From NCBI RefSeq assembly GCF_000142905.1, contig NW_013657615.1:1-64000 (forward strand): DNA of 64,000 nt. The letters run 5' to 3'. Shown piece by piece: positions 1 through 12,840 of this stretch (the first letter of the stretch is position 1; every line of letters starts with the position of its first letter). The notes beneath the pieces are model-generated. The model searched no databases. It was not told where the DNA came from and saw nothing but the letters and a program-made list of their open reading frames with translations. A program made the translations under genes and the position numbers. This stretch comes from Thecamonas trahens ATCC 50062. Its lineage: Eukaryota; Protista; Apusomonadida.

Positions 1-186
1 GCCAATGCTTCTGTCGAGGCCTTGTGCCTCAGAGAAGAGCGCAAGCTGGGGGGGGGAGGGGTGGTGGGTGGTGGGTGGTGGTGGACGGGGAGGGGAGGGG
101 GTTGAGGGGATCGTGATGAGGTCGCCGAGAGAGAGTGTGTGTGATTGTGATCAGGTCGCAGTATGTGAGTGATCGTGATCAGGTCG

Positions 187-304
<118 letters not shown>

Positions 305-376
305 TCGTGATCAGGTCGCAGTGTGCGTGTGTGCGTGCATGTGTGTGTGCGTGTGTTTGCGGGCGGGTAGGGGGGT

Positions 377-3300
377 CTACAAAAGCTGGTTGGCCACAAC
401 CGCAACAAGAACAATGCCCACTACATACAACCACGTCAGATCCACGCCGTCCATGTCCTCCACCTCGCCGCCTTGCCCACCATCATCTGGATCCTCCTTC
501 TCCTCGGCTCCGTGCCCGACTCCACCAGGCAGCGTCTTGACCGATCGTCCAAGCGGAATGAGGCCCACCGTGTGCCGCACACGCTGCCGCTTGTCGCTCG
601 GTGACGACGGCGGCCCAACAGACGAGACAAGCGACGACGACGCCACCATCGCTACCTGCTCGTTTGAATCAGAGAACATGCCTTCAGACAGTGTGCTGAC
701 TGAGCTCTCATGTTCAAACACGCTCGACTTTTTCGCTTGCTTGGCGTCACGGACTTGGCCGGAAAACAGCGAGCTGGCGTCGCTCGCTCGGCTTGCTGCC
801 TTCATCATCGACCCGCCTTTGTGGCCTTCCATCGAGAACAGTGTCGAGCCCGAGTCCATCGAGTCGCCCGAAATATTTCTGCCCTGCAATTGCTTCACCC
901 GCCTCTCGCGCGTCCTCTTCGACGGACTCGGCGACGAGACCTGCTGGTGATGCGACAGCACGTTGCCGGTAAAGAGCGCCTTGTTAAAGATGGTCCCTGA
1001 AGTCAGCGACTGCGAGATCCACGTCGCCGACTCAGACCCGTCTGCGCTTTGCATGCTCGAGCCGCCGCGGGGCTCGCGTTGGCTCGCACTGCAGCCCGCG
1101 CTACTTTCGCCGTCGCCGGTCTCGCAACAGCTGCCTGACATGTCCTGACCCACCACGGCGCTTCCATTCTTCTTCGTCTGCTCCGCCTCGTCTCTCGCCA
1201 TCACCTCTCCTGCCTTGTCTCTGCCCTGGAGCGGATTCGCAGTCGTGGTCTGGCCCTGGCATTCATCCCCGTCGGTTGGAACCACCGTTTCAAGCCCATG
1301 CAGTGACCGCGAGTTTGACTTCTCCTCCAGAGGAGGCATGGCCACCAGAGCCACAGACGAGGTCAGCTTCTTCGACGCCTCGGGATTCCCACCCATTCGT
1401 CGGCTGGCCGACGGCCGTCCGCCACTCAAAGACAACGGCGACGACGACGATGACGACGACGTCCCGGACGACAGCGACGAGAACATAGCCTTGCTCTTGT
1501 TCTGTCTCCTCTTCCGCTTCCGCTTCTTCTTCCGCTTCTTCTTCCGCTTCTTCTTCCGCTTCTTCTTCCGCTTCTTCTCACCAGCTTCGTCCTGCCCATC
1601 CTTGTCTGGCTGCGGCTTCTCGAGGCTTCTCGAGTTCGCACTGGCGCGCGGCGATGCCTCGGATGATTTTCCATCGTCTGACATAGACCACGCGTCGTGC
1701 TCGCTCCCGACGTGGCCTCGCGACAGCGACGACGACAAGGTCTTAGAGCCACCACCCGACGCCGACGACTTGAACGAGCCCGAGTACGCCAGCCCCAAGT
1801 CACCAAGGGCAATCGAGCCCGACAGGTCCGATCGCACCGACCGTGCCCGAGACCGCATCAGCGCCATCCGCGCTGCTTCGCCGGCAATCGCCGACGCGTA
1901 TCCACTCAACTCGCGAATGAGCATGTCGTAGAGCGTAGCGAGGACAAGTGGCTTGGCAATAAACCCGTCCATCCCCGCCATGAGGCACTTTTCCACCTCG
2001 TCCGCGTACACGGCCGCAGACATGGCCACAATTCGGGTGTGCCGCCCGTCTGCCGCCGCGGTCTCGGCCGCACGCACCTGCTGCGCCACCTCGTAACCTG
2101 AGAGCGCAGGCATGAAGCAGTCGAGCAGGACAAGTGAGTACGCGTTCTTGCTGATCCGCTTGACAGCCTCCAGAGGGTCGTCCACAAGTTCTGGCTCAAG
2201 CCGCAGTCGCGCGAGCATCAGCTTGGCTACCTCGAGGTTGGTCGCGTTGTCGTCGACCACAAGGACCCGAAAGACAGACGACGGCAAAATTGGAAGCTCG
2301 TCGATCTTGCTCAGGTCCACCTTACGCGTCGTCTGCGACAGCATGTCGGTCGAGAGCGAGAACGAGACAAGCGTCTCGTGCGAGGATCCGGCCTGCGCCA
2401 GCATCGCCATTGCGTTGCTGAGCATGTGCGGGAGGACTGGCCGCGGAAGCATGCCGTCAAACACCTCCGTCAGTTCGCCATGCATCTCGCACGGCCGCAC
2501 AACCGCCACAAACAAGGTGTTGGTCGGTGGCGGCTGTGGCATCTGCTGCATCTTGGCCGCAAGCGCCCCGCCGTGAAAGCCCTTGAGCTCCGACGAGACC
2601 AAAATGATGTCAAACGCCTCAGCAAGCCCGCCGGCAACCTGTGCCATATTCTTGGCAACCGCAAGCATCGCCCCTGTCCCACTCGTCAACGCGGTCACCT
2701 CCATGCCCATGGCCCGCAGCATGTCACTCAGCGCATCCAGCTCCTCCTCGTCGTCGTCAACAACAAGAACACTGCTCGCACCGATCGGCGCTCGTCCCAG
2801 CAGCATCCGCGCGTTGATAAACGGTACACTCTGCTCGATGTTCTCCACCACGCACCCTTCCGGAATCGTCGGCAGCGACACCGACGCCGAAAACGAGGCA
2901 GTCATAGACTGGGAGACTGTGTCCGAAGCCGCAGACAGCCCAGTGTCTGTCCCGGTGGCCGAGGTCGAGTCAGAGACAGAGCCAAGCTCGGAGAGCAGCT
3001 CCGGCGTTGACAAGGCCACAGGTGCCACTGATGTTGACGAGATCGAGTAGATCTTGAGCGGTCGAACACCGAGTTGGTCTCTGCTGACCTTGCTGCACTC
3101 ATCGCCTTCGCCGGCCTCCTCACCGCCAGCTCTCGCTCGCCAGCTCTCCCCGCTCTCAGCCAATCCCCGCAGCGGCGAGAGTGAGCCCGTGCTCGAGCTC
3201 GACCGCACACCAAGGAGCTCGAGTCCGACGGCAACCGTAAAGCAGGTGCCCTCGCCGAGCGTCGAGGCCACAAAGATCTCGCCGCCCATGGCGTCGACAA

Positions 3301-6093
3301 GCTTCTTGGAAATCGCGAGACCGAGCCCGGTGCCTGTGTGCATGCGGCCGGTCTCCGAGCCGAGGCTCTGCTGCTGGTACGGTTCAAAGAGGGTTGGCAG
3401 CCGGTCGGGTGAAATACCCGACCCGGTGTCGGCCACGGTGAGCGCGAGGACCTGGCGCCACAAATCGCCTTTCTCGCCGCTGCGCTCGGTCTCGCGGACC
3501 GTCGTCCGTAGCGTTACCCGCCCAGTCGTCGTATACTTGACCGCGTTGTCGACGAGGTTGGTAAGGACCTGCTGCAGCCGTGCTGCGTCGCCGCGGAACG
3601 TCGTGCCGGTCTTCAAGTCGACAATGACGTTGAACCGGACGCCTTTGTCATGCGCGGACGGCTCAAACTTGGCCGCAACACCCTGGAGCATGTCGAGCAT
3701 GTCAAACGGAATGTGCTCGATGTTGATGCTCTCAGCCTCCATCTTGGAAAAGTCAAGCACGTCCGAGATGATGGCATGCAGCTCCGAGGCAGACGACTTG
3801 ATAGTAGTGTTGAACTGCCGCTGTTCATCGTTGAGCGGGGTGAGCTGAAGAAGCTCGGACATGCCGATGACTCCGTTGAGCGGTGTCCGAATCTCATGTG
3901 ACATCTTGGCGAGGAACGAGGCCTGCGACTTGGCAAACGACACCGCAATCCGCTCCATCTCGATCCGCCGGATGACAGTTGCCCGCAGCATGGCGTTCCT
4001 TGATCGCAGCTCGGCGGTCCGCTTCGCCACACGCTTCTCCAGCCGTGCCTTGAGCTTGTGCAGCTTGCGCTCGGCGAGCTTGCGCGAGCACACCTGCTGC
4101 TCGGCCACTAGCAGGTTCGCCGCCGTGATAAGCATTGGCTCCAGAAACGCTGCCAGCGCCGACGAGTAGCCCAGCGGCCGGTTGGCCACTCCGATCATGC
4201 CCACCACTTCGTCTCCGTGCATCAGGGGCACGCCCATGTACGTCGCAATAGCAGGGTGGCCCTCGGGCAACCCAGACTTGGCACGCCTCTCATCGGTCTC
4301 GGGCGAGTTGGCCACAACCGGCGCCCGGCTCGTCACCGGCGCCCAATGAGTGACTCCATGTCCTCAAAGAGAAACCCACCGCGCTTGCGCAGCTGCTCGT
4401 CGTGAAACGCCGACATAGACTCCGACCACGCAATGTTCGTCACCGCGCGCGTAAAGAGCACTTGCTTGCCCTCGTGCAAGATAACCTCGGCAATGAGGCC
4501 AAACTCCGAGTCGGTCACATCGAGCACGGCGTTGAGCAGCTCGCCAAAGACCACTGCCGGTGAGGCTTCGACTAGAAACTGGGTCTGACCCCTCAGGATC
4601 GCACGCGTTACCATCGGTCGCTTGCGTTCAAGATACCCTTCAGGGTCGTTGAACATCTGCGCCATGTCCTCGGCCGCCAGATTGTGCTCGCGGACCTTGA
4701 GCTGCGGCCACCAGTCGTCGTCATCGCCGCTGTTGCTCCGCGTCATCTGCGGCGACGTCGAAGCCGAGCACGTCTCTACCAGCGCCATCAGTGACGCGGG
4801 AATGACCGCTTCGCCCCGCGACCGCAGGTTCATCCGTGCCAGCTCGCACCGGATCTCGAACTGTGCCTCCTCGTCCGACATCGAGTCCCCACTGTCTGAC
4901 GACACGCTTGTCGTGTGCTCGCCGTCCGACAGCAGGTCCAGCCCCAGTTCGCCCAGATCACACACATGCGGCGTCGGCATCTGATCCGAAGTACTGGAGC
5001 TCTTTGCAGAGTCGAGAAACTGCGGTGAGACGATGGGTGTCTGTGCGAGCAGCCTTCCGCGCGCGTCGAGCACGCCGGCCTCTTGCAGCTGCATGCGGTC
5101 GTTCGGCTCGAGATCACGGGTCAGCTCGCGCCCAATTAGCGACGTCGAGCTTGCGTAGAATATATCGCGCTCCTGCGAAGACATACGCAGCGATTCGCCG
5201 GCCAACAGCATCCGCAGCGCCTGTTCTTCCTCGTCGGCCTTGCTCTTGGACTTGGCAGACAAAATCTTCGTCGGCTCCTCCACCTTGTTGCTGCCCAAAG
5301 TCTTGGGACTCTCTCTGTCTACCAAGACCCTCAGATTCAGCGACAAGTCGCCACTTGAGACCATCGATGCCCTGCTCGCTTCCAACGACGCCCCGCTCGA
5401 GTGAAAGCCTGGGAAGCTCAAGCTTCCACCCGCCACCTCGACCTCGCTCTCAAACCCCGAGGCCGCAGCAAGAGCCACAGCCTCGGCAGAATCCGCAGCA
5501 AGAGCCTCGGTCTCGGCAGAATCCGCAGCAAGAGCCTCGGCCTCGGCAGAATCCGCAGCAAGAGCCTCTGCCTCGGCAGAATCCGCAGCAAGAGCCACAG
5601 CCTCGGCAGAATCAGCAGCAAGAGCCTCTGCCTCGGCAGAATCCGCAGCAAGAGCCACAGCCTCGGCAGAATCCGCAGCAAGAGCCACAGCCTCGGCAGA
5701 ATCCGCAGCAAGAGCCACAGCCTCGGCAGAATCCGCAGCAAGAGCCTCGGCCTCGGCAGAATCCGCAGCAAGAGCCACAGCCTCGGCAGAATCCGCAGCT
5801 TCACCACGAGTCGCATCCCCTACCCCTTTCGCCCGCGCCGCGTCGTTGTTCTCCTCGCCGGCCAAAAGCCCATCCTCATCCTCATCCTCACCAGCCGCCC
5901 CATGCCCTCCACCTGGACACTCACTGCTTGCGGCGTCCATGTTCGGGGCCACAGCTGGTCCCTCCTCGTCCTGCCTGCTGTCTACCAACGTGGTGTGGTC
6001 GTCATGCTGCCAAGTCGCTCCCGCCGTCGACTGGCTGCCACCGCTCCCGCTCCGGCCTCCGCCAACCTCACCACCCGCTGATGCGTGCGACAT
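377..6093 (-). CDS. Hybrid sensor histidine kinase (GAF-HisKA-HATPase_c-pseudoREC-REC), split by one frameshift at 4342-4344
   Basis: H-box [16 protein letters not shown]-box [13 protein letters not shown]1 DTGSGI, G2 [13 protein letters not shown]. Intact REC (VLVVDDN...LLDCFMP...FIAKP). The GAF domain (TNIAW...GLPEGHP...GMIGVAN) spans ORFs 4333-6120 and 377-4336; adding one G gives [18 protein letters not shown]. The start ATG at 6093 is inferred. Confidence 0.9.
5463..5798. repeat. 30-bp coding tandem repeat (~11 copies), ADSAEA[V/E]ALA in the kinase N-terminus
   Basis: Unit atccgcagcaagagccacagcctcggcaga repeated with a few substitutions. Confidence 0.95.
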
Positions 6094-6479
6094 ATCCAGC
6101 ACGTTGCAAACTCCCACCACTCGGAACCCTATGTGGATGTAGCTGGCTGGCTGTCGGTCTGTGGCTGTCGGCCCGGACTTTGGCCTGGCTGGCGAGTCGT
6201 GTTGGCCGCAAAGCTTTGCTCGGCTCCTTGCTCTGACCCGCTTTCACGGCTACCCGCACTCGTTTCCGGCAGGCGCGGTAAAAAAGTCCAAGCGCAAAGC
6301 CCGTGGTAGTACCGAGAGTGCTCGTCCCCAAAAATTGAACTTCCGCTGGCAGCAGCCAAAAAAAGCCGTGTGAGTGACCAAACGTTTGCTCCGATGGCAC
6401 TACCCACGCTGTTGACAAGACAGGAGAGCCAACCGGGACACCGCAGAAGAGACGTTGGCGTACCACTTGACTAGCCACC

Positions 6480-9400
6480 ATGACCTCGATTCCATGCTGC
6501 ACCAGAGCGCCTGCTATCCTCGCTCTGCTGGCTGTCATGGTGGCGGTGACTGGTCAGACAGTCGTGGCTGCTGACCTCGCTTCTGAAGCTGCAGAGCTGG
6601 ACGCGCTCTTTGACGCTCTCTCGGGATCGATGTGGACGAACAACGGCGGGTGGGAGGCGAGGGCCGGGTCGGCGGGTACGCCGGACGCCGTCTGCTCGTA
6701 CTACGGCATCACATGCTCCAACACCTCGACCTCGGACGGGCTCACCCACGTCATCGCCATCACCCTCTCGGGCAACGCCATGGCTGGCACGCTCCCGCCC
6801 ATTGCGTGGGACTTTCCTGAGCTCGTCACCCTCGACCTGACCGGCAACGTTCTTTCGGGCACGCTGCCGGCGGCGTGGGGCAAGATGTCCAAGCTCGAGC
6901 TGCTGCTGCTGGGTGGCAAGGCGGTGCCGTCCGAGTTCCTGCTCTCGTTCCTCTCGCCGGCCGTGCTCTACTTTTACACCCTTGGCTCGCTCGTTGGCTC
7001 CGAGCTCGAGGGCACGCTCCCACCCGAGTGGGGCGCGCTGAGCAATCTTCGTATCCTTGCGCTCAACACGGGAGCACGGACAACGGGCGGTTTTGCAGGC
7101 AGTGACATTCCACCCGAGTGGGCAGGCATGACCTCGCTCCGCTATCTCACCTTTGACTCGTCGGGCCTGGGCAACGGCGGCCCACTGCCGGCGCACACTC
7201 TCGCTGCCATGTCCTCGCTCGAGTACTTTGGCTGCAGCTACTGCGACTACTCGTCGATCCCCGAAGCCATCACCTCCGCGCCCAAGCTCCACTCGCTCTA
7301 CCTGAACTACATGCCTATCAACGGACCACTGCCGGCTTTCATTCCGCGCTGGTCCGCGCTCCGCGCTCTTATCGTTGGCGCCGTGGGGCTGACTGGCCCG
7401 CTGCCCACCGACTGGTCCGCCCTCACCAACGTCCGCATCATCGTTCTCGCCGAGAACGCCAACCTCGTCGGAACTCTTGCCCCGTTTGCACCGCTTCCCG
7501 CGCTCGAGGTCCTCATGACGTACAAGAGCGGCATCACCGGCACGCTTCCGATCTTCACTTCGCCTGACGTGTACTTTCTTGTCATTTCGGGCCAGAGCCT
7601 CTCCGGATCGATTCCGCCGCAGTGGGGCGAGATGACCAAGATGCAGCAGCTGTGGATGGGCGAGAACGCCATCGAGGGCACGCTTCCGGCCTCGCTCGCC
7701 AACTGGACCTCGCTCAAGCTCATCGACGTCCGCAACAACCGTCTCACCGGCACCGTTCCAGTCGCCTTTGGCACCGCCTGGTCGCAGGTCGGCCGTTTTG
7801 AGCTTGCCCACAACAGCTTTACCGGCACGCTGCCGCCCGGCTTTGCATCCGTCACTCATGTCGACATTTCCGGCAACGCCTTTCCGGCCCGCTCGACGTC
7901 ATGTGTGACTCGCCGCTCATCGACTCGGTCACTGCCGCAGACAACCTCTTTGACTCGGTGCCTGAGAATTGCAACATCTCGGCCATCACTATCGACTTGT
8001 CAGGCAATAACCTGCAAGGCATGCTCCCGGCAGGCATCGGCAACATCAAGGGGCTGCAGCACCTCTCGCTAGCAGGCAACAAGCTGACCTCGTCGTTTGT
8101 GCCGTTGTCGTGGGCCAAGCTCTCGCCCTCGCTCGTCAACATCGATCTCTCGCGCAACCAGATCAGCGGCGACGTGACCAACATGCTTGCCACCTTTCGT
8201 GACTTTGCCCGCCTGCAGCGGGTCGACATCTCGCACAACCAGCTTGTCGGCACCATGCGCGGCAACCTATTTGTCGAGGTCTTCCCTGCGCCGCGCAACT
8301 TTTTCCAGACCCTCGTCCTCATGTACGTCAACAACAATCAGATCACTGGCAATGTCCCTCCCTGGTTTGACACCGTGCCCACCATTCTCGAGTTTGACGG
8401 CTCGGCCAACAACTTTACCGGCTCGGTCGACACTCTCACCGAATCAGTCCAGTCTGCCAAGTTTGCCGACAACCCGGAGCTTGGCGAGCAGGACCGCATC
8501 TCGCTTCCAAGCTCCATTGTTCCGATCGAGCCTTTTGTTCAGCTCTCGGCCGACCAGCCATTCTCGTGTCCCTCGTTCATCGATGTCCGTCGCTCGCGCT
8601 CCAGCGTTGTCCTCGACCCGCGGTACTACGGGTACCAGCTGTGCAAGTGCGATCCAGGCTACTTTGGCGAGGCCGGCCAGTGCCGCTCTTGCGCTCCATT
8701 TGGCGATGCCGTTCGCTGCGAGGGTGGCCGCATTGATCTCGCCGACTTGAGCGATGGCTCCAACACGCTCGGCATCGACCTCTCGTCCTCTGCCACCGCA
8801 GCTGCAGCTTCGCATCCGGCCGGCTTTGTTTCGGCCGCCGAGGCCGATGTCGTCCCCAGTGGTCCCAATTGGGGCGGGGCCGTCCCGCACCGCGCCAACC
8901 TCACCATCCAGCCCAACTACTATGTCGCCGGCTACAAGGACGACGGAACGCCGCTCATCGACGAGTGCTACCTCATCGGCATCGACGAGTCGAGCTGCAA
9001 TCCCGAGGCCAAGGATCCGTTCGAGTGTCGCAACGGCTACCGCGACCGCCTCTGCTCGCGGTGTGAGAAGGACTACTACCTGCAGGGCCGCCGGTGCGAG
9101 GCGTGTCCAACGGCGACGCCCATCGTCCTTGCCGCCCTCTACGGCGCGGTCTTCCTTGTGTGGTACGGCATGAATCAGACTAACAAGAAGTCCGTCTTCT
9201 ACGCGCCGCTCATCAAGTCGCTGTTTGTCTTTCTGCAAACCTCGGCCATCCTTTTCTCAGGCTCGTCAGCCTTTGTGTGGCCGTCGTCGGTGACGACGGC
9301 CTTTGACTCGGTCTTTTCGTGGACCTCGTTCTCGTTCCCTATGCTGGCGTGCCTCTCCAACTCGAACTCCAAGTGGGAGCTCTCGTTCTTTGTCTCGCTC

Positions 9401-10750
9401 TTTGCGGTGCCTGCGCTGTTTTTCATCCCGGCCATTGGCTACGCCATCTTTGCCGGCCTCTCGGCGGTGGTCGACGGCGGCCTGTTTGGCCGGAGCGAGC
9501 GCGACTGGCGGTTCGGCGCCATCCGGACCGGCCTGGCGGTGCTCAACCTCGGCTACATGCCGATCACGGTGAACATGCTGGTGGCGCTGCCGTGCCGGAC
9601 GTCGTCGGACGGTAACTACTACCTCTGGGCTGCGCCGTGGATCGAGTGCTCACGGTCAAACTCGGACTGGCTGGTCATTGTGGTGACCGGAACGATCATG
9701 ACCATCTTGTATGGGCTCGGCATTCCGTTTGCCTTCTCGCTTCTCCTCCGCTGGCGGCGGCGGTATCTGCGGTCGCTGCCGCCGGGCATGGGCGAGGCCG
9801 ATGGGCACTGGTTCCAGTTCTTCTACGCGCCGTACCTCGAGCGGTCGTTCTGGTTCGAGCTGGTCATTATGGCGCGGCGGCTGCTGGTGGCCATCATTGC
9901 GGTGATGCCTGCGACCAACCCGCTGGTACCGTTTGCCTTCTTTACGGTCCTCATGGGCGCGCTTGTGGTCCAGTTCACGGTCAAGCCGTTTGTCCACAAC
10001 ATCATCAACTGGCTGGAGATCCTGACGCTTGTGCAGCTCATGCTCACCTTTTCTGTGGGCCAGGTCTTCTCGTCGGACGTGTACACTACGGATCTGAGCT
10101 TTACGGCAACGATTCTGGAAGTGCTCGTCATCCTCACCAACGTCTTTGTCGTTGCTGCGTTCTTGGTGGTGCTCCTGTGGCGGCTTGTGATGACGCGGCG
10201 GCGTGGTCCCAAGACGTTTGCAGTTTCGATGTCGTCGTCGGATGAGACAGGCGCTCACGTGAGCGTGGCGTCGTCGAGGAGCGGGCGGTTCAAGATGCAC
10301 GACGTGCCGCAGGCTCAGCCGCTCATGACGGCACCGCTGGTGGGCGGCTCGGGCGTCGAGCTCCCGCTCATCTCGCGGGCAACCGACCGGCCGACGACGA
10401 CAGTGGCCGTGGGGCGGCGGCCGCCGTCTGCGCGCGACACGCCGTCGGTGTGGTCGTCGAACCCGACCGTGGTAACAACGATCGGTCAGGGCAACGACAT
10501 GAACCGGCCAGAGACGGCAGGCAGCTCATCCTCTGACTGGTCAACCTTTGACGGCGTCAGCTCGATGCTAGACTCGGACAAGTCGAGTGCCGAGGACCAT
10601 GCAGCGACCTCGCCTGCACTCCCGGGCTCGGCGCGCCGCATGGCCACCAAGTTTGAGGACTCGGTGGGCACCGTGCCGCGGCTGACCAGTTCTGTGTCGA
10701 CGGCGCCTGCCAGGGCGCAGCAGCCGACGCCGCTGCTGCCGATGTTCTGA
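6480..10750 (+). CDS. Signal peptide + LRR ectodomain + Cys-rich region + multi-pass (about 7-9 TM) receptor-like protein; frameshift at 7881-7883
   Basis: Signal peptide, LRRNT (WTNNGGW...CSYYGITC) and repeated LxLxGNxLxGxLP. Cys-rich CRNGYRDRLCSRC precedes several hydrophobic helices. One added T joins GNAF to SGPLDVMCD. Confidence 0.85.
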
Positions 10751-10830
10751 ACATTACACAGTTAGCGCAGCTTGCGGTCACAGCTCGAGGTGGAGAGGCA
10801 TGCGAGGAGGCAAAGAAACAGGCACAGCAT

Positions 10831-11678
10831 TTACTCGGCCTTGATGGGCTTGGCAGGGCCAACGGCGGAGAGCTTGCCCTCCTCCTTGTCGCGACCCCAG
10901 CCGAGGATGAGCTTCTCACGGATGACAAAGAGCATCCAGGTGATCTCGGCGATGGAGACAAAGCACCAGATGGAGGCCTGCTCCTGGAGGTTGTCGGTGA
11001 CCCACGAGGCCATGTAGGGGCCGGTGAGGAAGAGGAAGGCACCCTGGATGATCATGCCGCGGAAGATGACCTTGAACCAGGTGGAGCGGTCCCACTTCAT
11101 GACAAAGAACGGGCCAAACATAAGGAACGAGTGGATGGCGGCGCCGGGCGTCCAGTAGGTGGGATCAGACATAGGGACGGACCAGGCAAGGTGGTACTTG
11201 CCCGAGTAGGTGCAGAGCTTCTCGCCGCGGAGCCACTCCGAAGTGACGCAGGCGTTGGCCGGCGGGGTGAGGCCGGCCCACTCGCCAAAGGCCGAGGTGA
11301 CGGGCTGGGCCACCGACGCCGGGTTCCACTCTGCCATAAAGTAGCGGGCAAAGAGCATGCCGCCGCCGAGCAGGCAGAGGCGCTTGATGATGTCGTACTG
11401 GTAGAGGTACTTGGGCGCAGTGGTGAGCGAGGCGTTGATGACGTGGGTAAAGTACGGCTGGAGGCAGATGTGCAGGAAGCCAGCGAGGGTGAGCCACCGG
11501 TTGATGTCCGACTCGCAGTCGTCAATGTAGAAGTACTGCACAAACTGGAGGGCCTCCATGGTGAAGAAGAAGAAGATGCCCGACGCCAGCGCCGTGTTGG
11601 ACGTGCGGTAGTAGACCCACGCCGACGACGCAAGGCCCATCAGCGCAAAGGCCCCGGACATGGGCTGGTTGAAGCACA
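10831..11678 (-). CDS. Conserved multi-pass membrane protein (resembles the DUF5765-type MC[FW]-starting family); first exon probably in the gap
   Basis: Strong codon bias; motifs MEALQFVQY, HICLQP and ASIWCF. Acceptor caacag|TGTGC at 11679, with an upstream actcac branch motif, implies the codon preceding Cys (possibly the ATG) is split by an intron. Confidence 0.75.
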
Positions 11679-11811
11679 CTGTTGCATGCCACGAGGAGGG
11701 TGGGGGGGGAGGGGAGGGGAGGGGTGAGTGTGGATGGTTGCGGATGCACAGTCTGGTACGCCGGAAGGGAAGGGGTAAGGGGACGGGGTGGAGAGGGGGG
11801 GTGGACGGCAG

Positions 11812-12209
11812 NNNNNNNNNNNNNNNNNNNNNNNNNNNNNNNNNNNNNNNNNNNNNNNNNNNNNNNNNNNNNNNNNNNNNNNNNNNNNNNNNNNNNNNNN
11901 NNNNNNNNNNNNNNNNNNNNNNNNNNNNNNNNNNNNNNNNNNNNNNNNNNNNNNNNNNNNNNNNNNNNNNNNNNNNNNNNNNNNNNNNNNNNNNNNNNNN
12001 NNNNNNNNNNNNNNNNNNNNNNNNNNNNNNNNNNNNNNNNNNNNNNNNNNNNNNNNNNNNNNNNNNNNNNNNNNNNNNNNNNNNNNNNNNNNNNNNNNNN
12101 NNNNNNNNNNNNNNNNNNNNNNNNNNNNNNNNNNNNNNNNNNNNNNNNNNNNNNNNNNNNNNNNNNNNNNNNNNNNNNNNNNNNNNNNNNNNNNNNNNNN
12201 NNNNNNNNN
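11812..12209. other. Assembly gap (N run)
   Basis: Ns flanked by G/C-run sequence. Confidence 1.
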
Positions 12210-12254
12210 TTACATGCTAAGTTAGTACCCCCTCCCCCCTCCCCCCCCCTACCC

Positions 12255-12788
12255 CTAAGTGCGGCAGGTCGAGGTGGCGGCCGAGTCGGAGCCGGTGGCG
12301 ACGCAGCCGTAAGGCGTGAGCTCGACGGAGCGGCAGTCGACCGGGCTGCAGCCCTCTGCGCAGAAGGAATAAAAGTAGACACCCGTGGCATTGCATGTAG
12401 TGCGGATGTAGCCGCCGGCACCGTCGCGGACACAGGCGTCCGAGGCGACGACTGAGACCCAGGGCGCGCCGGAGCATGCTGTGTTGCGGAACATGTCGGA
12501 GCGCAGCGGGTAGGCCGCCGGCGGAAAGTCGGGCATCTTGTCGACGCAGACCGACTGGCGGAACGGCTGCGCACCGCCGCCCCAGCACGTCGAGTTGGTG
12601 CACTGCGCCGGAGTCGGGTCGGGGATGATGTCCACCGCCCACGGCGTGCCCTGGCACGCATCGTCTGACGCATACGAGTACAGCAGACCGATGCGGCCGG
12701 CCGCCGCCGTCGGTACCGCCAGGGCTAGCGCCAGCGCCAGCGCCAGCACCAGCAGATCGTGCAGAGTCGAGTGCGAAGTGGCGGTCAT
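12255..12788 (-). CDS. Small secreted cysteine-rich protein
   Basis: Hydrophobic leader LLVLALALALALAVPTAAAG, about 12 Cys, internal repeat C[Q/S]G[T/A]PW. Confidence 0.6.
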   Translation of the reverse strand: MTATSHSTLHDLLVLALALALALAVPTAAAGRIGLLYSYASDDACQGTPWAVDIIPDPTPAQCTNSTCWGGGAQPFRQSVCVDKMPDFPPAAYPLRSDMFRNTACSGAPWVSVVASDACVRDGAGGYIRTTCNATGVYFYSFCAEGCSPVDCRSVELTPYGCVATGSDSAATSTCRT

Positions 12789-12840
12789 GTGGCGAGATGG
12801 AGTCAAGTATTGGTCCGTCAGCCGGCCGTCCACTAGACCA

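Noticed and set aside
4333-4336. GTGA start/stop overlap suggesting a bacterial operon
   Set aside because: The break falls inside one GAF domain and is repaired by one base; surrounding genes have spliceosomal introns.
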